DNA of 29,490 nucleotides from Burkholderiales bacterium. GTDB taxonomy: Bacteria > Pseudomonadota > Gammaproteobacteria > Burkholderiales > JACMKV01. Under the pieces are notes generated by a model, which was not told the DNA's origin, did not search any database, and was given only the letters and a program-made list of their open reading frames with translations. Positions 25,915 through 29,490 of the stretch are shown here, one piece after another; position 1 is the first letter of the stretch, and each line of letters opens with the position of its first letter. The translations under genes were made by a program, and so were the position numbers. The DNA lies in assembly GCA_014379915.1 (NCBI GenBank), contig JACMKV010000022.1, positions 1 through 29,490 on the forward strand. Reading direction: 5' to 3'.

Positions 25915-27540
25915 TTACTGTTTTTTGCCGGCAACCGGCAGCGCGCGGGCGCGCACGAAGCTGATGACGAGCAGGATCACGACGATCGTCAGCAGCAGCG
26001 AATTGCCCCAACGCACATACGGCGTCGCGCCGGTATAACCCTGCACCGCAACATTCAACGCCGTCTTTTCGGATAGCGGCGCGACGCGAATCAGCTGACC
26101 GTCGGGCGCAATCGCCGCCGTCGCACCGGTGTTGGTCGAGCGCAGCATCACGCGTCCGGTCTCCAGCGCCCGCGCCTGTGCGATTTGCAGATGTTGCGGA
26201 ATTGCGAGTGAATCGCCGAACCACGCGTCATTGCTGACGTTCACGAGCAAGGTCGCTTGCGGAAGCATGCGGATAATCTCCTCGCCAAAAACATCTTCAT
26301 AACAGATGTCGACCGCCACCTTCTGTCCGCCGACTTCAAGCGGTTTTTGATATACGGCGCCACGTGAAAAATCGGACATCGGAATTTGCAGCCAGCGTAA
26401 AACCCAGCCGAAACCCGGCGGAATAAATTCACCGAACGGCACCAGGTGCGACTTGCGGTAAACCTGCGTCGGCGCAGTACCGAAACTGAAAACGCTGTTG
26501 TAGTAACCGTTGCCGTCGCGCTCCGGCAGGCCGATCAGAACATCGCCGCCGAGTTGCTCGGCATGACCTGCGATGCGCGCCAGATATTTTTCCGGCACCT
26601 GATCGCGCAACAACGGAAACGCCGCCTCCGGCAAAATGATCAGACGCGCGCGGCTGGCCAGCACCAGATCGAGGTAGGTCTTGAGCGTGTTGTCAACCTG
26701 GTCTTCGCGCCATTTCAGTTCCTGCGCGACATTTCCCTGCAACAGGCTGACGGCAAGCGCTTCGCCGATCGGCTGCGTCCAGTCGATTTGTTTGAGCGCG
26801 TAGCCGATCGGCCACAGAAGAACGATGAAAACAGAAATGCAAATCCCCCCCCATCTTGATCTCCCTTTTTTAAACGGAGAGATGCCTTTTAACCCCCCCT
26901 TGAAAAAGGGGGCCGACGCGCCAGCGCGGGGGGATTTTATTTTGGCGTACAAGTAGGTGGCCAAACCCGCACTCATGGCCGTTACCAGCGATACGCCATA
27001 CACACCGAGAATCGGTGCAAAACCGGACAGTGGACTCGCCGGCACCTGCGAATAGCCGATCGCGAGCCAGGGAAAGCCGGTGAACAGATAGCTGCGCAGC
27101 CAGTCGGCCCCCGCCCACAACGCTGGTACGGCCAACACGAAGCGGACGACACTCGATGCCGGCAACTTCGCTTGGAGAAAGGCGACAGCAGCCGGAAACA
27201 ATGCCAAGACGGCGCACAACAATGCCGTGCCGACCCCGGCAATCGCTGCAGGCATGCCGCCGAAATCGTGCAGACTGATATAAATCCAGCTGACCCCAGC
27301 GCCAAAAAAGCCAAGCCCGAAAGCGAAACCCAGTGCCGCCGCGCGGCGCGGCGATTCGGCTTTGCGCCACAGCCCCAGCAATAGCGCCAGTGTGATGACC
27401 GGCAGCGGGAACAGGTAGAAAGGCGCGAAGCCGAGCACAGTTGCCGCGCCAAGCGAACCGGCCATTATCAGCGGCGTCAGCGGCGCGAAAGCGTGCCGAT
27501 GCATTCCGGCAAGCCGGGCTCGCGCGATGGTCTCGGTCAT
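25915..27540 (-). CDS. lnt: Apolipoprotein N-acyltransferase with a 32-aa repeat-derived insertion
   Basis: GFAPF, LFTGFPW, GVYG, LLQGN, catalytic LPEAA / YRKSHLVPFGE / ICYED, SNDAWFG, RSTNTG. Confidence 0.96.
   Translation of the reverse strand: MTETIARARLAGMHRHAFAPLTPLIMAGSLGAATVLGFAPFYLFPLPVITLALLLGLWRKAESPRRAAALGFAFGLGFFGAGVSWIYISLHDFGGMPAAIAGVGTALLCAVLALFPAAVAFLQAKLPASSVVRFVLAVPALWAGADWLRSYLFTGFPWLAIGYSQVPASPLSGFAPILGVYGVSLVTAMSAGLATYLYAKIKSPRAGASAPFFKGGLKGISPFKKGRSRWGGICISVFIVLLWPIGYALKQIDWTQPIGEALAVSLLQGNVAQELKWREDQVDNTLKTYLDLVLASRARLIILPEAAFPLLRDQVPEKYLARIAGHAEQLGGDVLIGLPERDGNGYYNSVFSFGTAPTQVYRKSHLVPFGEFIPPGFGWVLRWLQIPMSDFSRGAVYQKPLEVGGQKVAVDICYEDVFGEEIIRMLPQATLLVNVSNDAWFGDSLAIPQHLQIAQARALETGRVMLRSTNTGATAAIAPDGQLIRVAPLSEKTALNVAVQGYTGATPYVRWGNSLLLTIVVILLVISFVRARALPVAGKKQ
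26841..26937. repeat. 97-bp REP-doublet/MITE-like element with 10-bp terminal inverted repeats, in frame within lnt
   Basis: AAATCCCCCC (26841-26850) and GGGGGGATTT (26928-26937). Internal hairpins TCTCC-cttttttaaac-GGAGA and CCCCC-ttgaaaaa-GGGGG. Encodes KSPRAGASAPFFKGGLKGISPFKKGRSRWGGI. Confidence 0.8.
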
Positions 27541-27626
27541 CCTTCAGTCGAATATCGTAAAACGTTGGAAGAAGCCAGATCGGGCGGACGTTACCGGCCC
27601 GGGGAAAGAAGCGCCGCTGGCGACAC

Positions 27627-28469
27627 TCAAACGTCGACTTCGGGAGCGAGCTTCTCGACGAGCAGCGAATGAACGCGGCGGCTATCGGCGCGCAGCACTT
27701 TGAACTTGAGATTGTCGAAGTGAATTTCCTCGCCGCGCTCGGGCAAGCGGCCGAAGTGGTTCAACACCATGCCGCCGACCGTGTCGTATTCCTCGTCGCT
27801 GTAGCTGGTGCCGAGCGCGACATTAAAATCATCGATTTCAGTCAACGCTTTGACCCGGAACAGGCCGTTTCTGTCCTGCACGATGTTGTCCTCGGTTTCG
27901 TCGAAATCGTATTCGTCTTCGATTTCGCCGACGATCTCCTCGAGCACGTCCTCGATCGTGAGGAGGCCGGCGACGCCGCCGTATTCGTCGACAACGATCG
28001 CCATGTGGTTGCGGTTGCTGCGGAAATCCTTGAGCAGAATGTTGAGCCGTTTGGTTTCGGGAATGAACACCGCCGGGCGCAGCAGTTCGCGGATTTTGAA
28101 TTCCGTGCCGGCGTAATAACGCAGCAGGTCCTTCGCCAGCAGAATCCCGATCACGTTGTCCTTGCTGTCATCGATGACCGGAAAGCGCGAGTGCGCGGTG
28201 GCGATGACCATCGGCATGAATTGCTCCGGCTCGTCGTTGACGTCGATCACGCCCATCTGGCCGCGCGGCACCATGATGTCGCGCGCCTGCAATTCCGCGA
28301 CCTGCAATACGCCTTCGATCATCGACAGCGCATCGGCGTCGAGCAAATCGCGCTCGAACGCCGAGTGCAGCAGCTCGATCAATTGCTCGCGATCTTCCGG
28401 CTCGCGCAGCAGCAAGGCGCCGAGCCGTTCCAGCCAGTTTGGCTTGGCGCGCTCATCGACCGGCATCAC
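27627..28469 (-). CDS. corC: CBS-pair/CorC_HlyC protein CorC (YbeX)
   Basis: ARDIMVPR, HSRFPV, VFIPETKRL, IVVDEYGGVAGLLTIEDVLEEIVGEIEDEYD, EEYDTVGG. GTGA overlap with ybeY. Confidence 0.94.
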   Translation of the reverse strand: MMPVDERAKPNWLERLGALLLREPEDREQLIELLHSAFERDLLDADALSMIEGVLQVAELQARDIMVPRGQMGVIDVNDEPEQFMPMVIATAHSRFPVIDDSKDNVIGILLAKDLLRYYAGTEFKIRELLRPAVFIPETKRLNILLKDFRSNRNHMAIVVDEYGGVAGLLTIEDVLEEIVGEIEDEYDFDETEDNIVQDRNGLFRVKALTEIDDFNVALGTSYSDEEYDTVGGMVLNHFGRLPERGEEIHFDNLKFKVLRADSRRVHSLLVEKLAPEVDV

Positions 28470-29014
28470 CGCGCCACCCCGTGGCGCTTGTCTTCGGCAT
28501 ACGGATCGGGAAAACCAAGTTTCGCGAGCGTCGCCGTCTCCAACGCCTCCATGGCTTCGGCGTCGCTATCCGCTTCGTGATCGTAGCCCTGCAAGTGCAG
28601 CGCGCCGTGCACAACGAGATGCGCGTAATGGGCGCGTAGCGCGATGTTGCGTTCATGCGCTTCGCGCGCAACCACCGCTGCGCACAGCGCGATATCGCCG
28701 GCCAATTGCGTCTGTTCGGAATAAACGAAGGTCAACACGTTGGTCGCGTAGTCGCGGCCGCGAAAATCGCGATTCAGCGCCCTGCCCTCGGCTTCATCGA
28801 CAATGCGTACGGTGATTTCAGCGTCGCGCTCCAGCGCTGCCGTTATCCAGCGCCTGAATTCGACGCGGCTCGGCAAGCCGGTTTCCGGAACGGCATATTG
28901 CAGCGACAGGCTGAGCCTGGGTTTGGGCGCCGGAGGGCGGCGATTTGAAGCGGCGGCGGCTTGACCAGTGTTTCCCGGCGGGGCCGCCATTTTAGGCGAA
29001 GGCTCTGCTTTCAT
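28466..29014 (-). CDS. ybeY: rRNA maturation endoribonuclease YbeY
   Basis: [39 protein letters not shown] (H3xH5xH). ATGA overlap with phoH. Confidence 0.96.
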   Translation of the reverse strand: MKAEPSPKMAAPPGNTGQAAAASNRRPPAPKPRLSLSLQYAVPETGLPSRVEFRRWITAALERDAEITVRIVDEAEGRALNRDFRGRDYATNVLTFVYSEQTQLAGDIALCAAVVAREAHERNIALRAHYAHLVVHGALHLQGYDHEADSDAEAMEALETATLAKLGFPDPYAEDKRHGVAR

Positions 29015-29490
29015 TTTCGCCGCTCGACCCCCGGAAAACCGTTTGCCTGGGCTTCGAAACTTTCATAGGCGTTGACAATCCGCTGCACCAGCGGATGGCG
29101 GACGACGTCTTCGGCAAGGAATGCCGTAAACGCAATGCCGCGCACCGTCGCCAGCACGCTGCGCGCCTCGATCAGGCCGCTTTTCTGGCCGCGCGCGAGG
29201 TCGAGTTGGGTGACGTCGCCGGTGATCACGGCTTTAGCGCCGAAGCCGATTCGCGTCAGAAACATCTTCATCTGCTCAGGCGTCGTGTTTTGTGCCTCGT
29301 CCAGGATGATGAACGAGTGATTCAGCGTGCGGCCGCGCATATAGGCGAGCGGCGCGATTTCGATTGCATTGCGCTCGAACAGCTTCGCCACTTTCTCGAA
29401 ACCCATCAGATCGTATAACGCGTCGTAAAGCGGCCGCAAGTAGGGATCGACTTTCTGCGCCAGATCGCCGGGCAGGAAGCCGAGCCGCTC
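29011..29490 (-). CDS. phoH: PhoH-like ATPase (YbeZ/PhoL), 5' part outside window
   Basis: [63 protein letters not shown]. Confidence 0.95.
   Translation of the reverse strand, partial: ERLGFLPGDLAQKVDPYLRPLYDALYDLMGFEKVAKLFERNAIEIAPLAYMRGRTLNHSFIILDEAQNTTPEQMKMFLTRIGFGAKAVITGDVTQLDLARGQKSGLIEARSVLATVRGIAFTAFLAEDVVRHPLVQRIVNAYESFEAQANGFPGVERRK

Noticed and set aside
6051-28580. Many long antisense or alternate-frame ORFs (e.g. 6051-7178, 16866-17774, 23483-24532, 25313-26224, 27669-28580)
   Set aside because: They are shadows of GC-rich genes on the opposite strand or in another frame, with no recognisable motifs.
1-29490. CRISPR array, tRNA/rRNA genes, IS transposase, defence or toxin-antitoxin genes
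   Set aside because: No regularly spaced direct repeats, cloverleaf or rRNA signatures, or matching protein motifs were found by eye.

Overview
A roughly 60% GC betaproteobacterial-type chromosomal window; the taxonomy is inferred from gene order. Left arm (1-8.8 kb): a decayed patch holding a SnoaL-like remnant, one intact GST, a split GST and a convergent TolB-N/'adenylate cyclase-like' remnant, the last two truncated at one shared junction. Next come a secreted phytase-like esterase behind a Pho-box-like repeat, bcp, rsmE, a CxxC thioredoxin-like protein, an inositol monophosphatase and an orphan type I periplasmic binding protein behind a sigma54-like promoter. Middle (9.0-18.7 kb): the type IV pilus chemosensory cluster pilG-pilH-pilI-pilJ-chpA. 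A hairpin-rich spacer follows, containing an unannotated 35-aa Lys/Ala/Pro histone-H1-like micro-ORF with its own RBS, promoter-like motif and palindrome. Right arm (19.4-29.5 kb, all minus strand): phoH-like (partial), ybeY, corC, lnt, glyQ, glyS, gmhB, plsC, a YgjP/M48 pseudogene, lptM and lysA. The most unusual signals are a 97-bp inverted-repeat-bounded palindromic element read in frame as 32 aa inside an otherwise intact lnt (with a related copy in frame in another gene), the micro-protein locus, and the sigma54-linked binding protein directly upstream of the Chp operon. No tRNA, rRNA, CRISPR array or transposase was seen.
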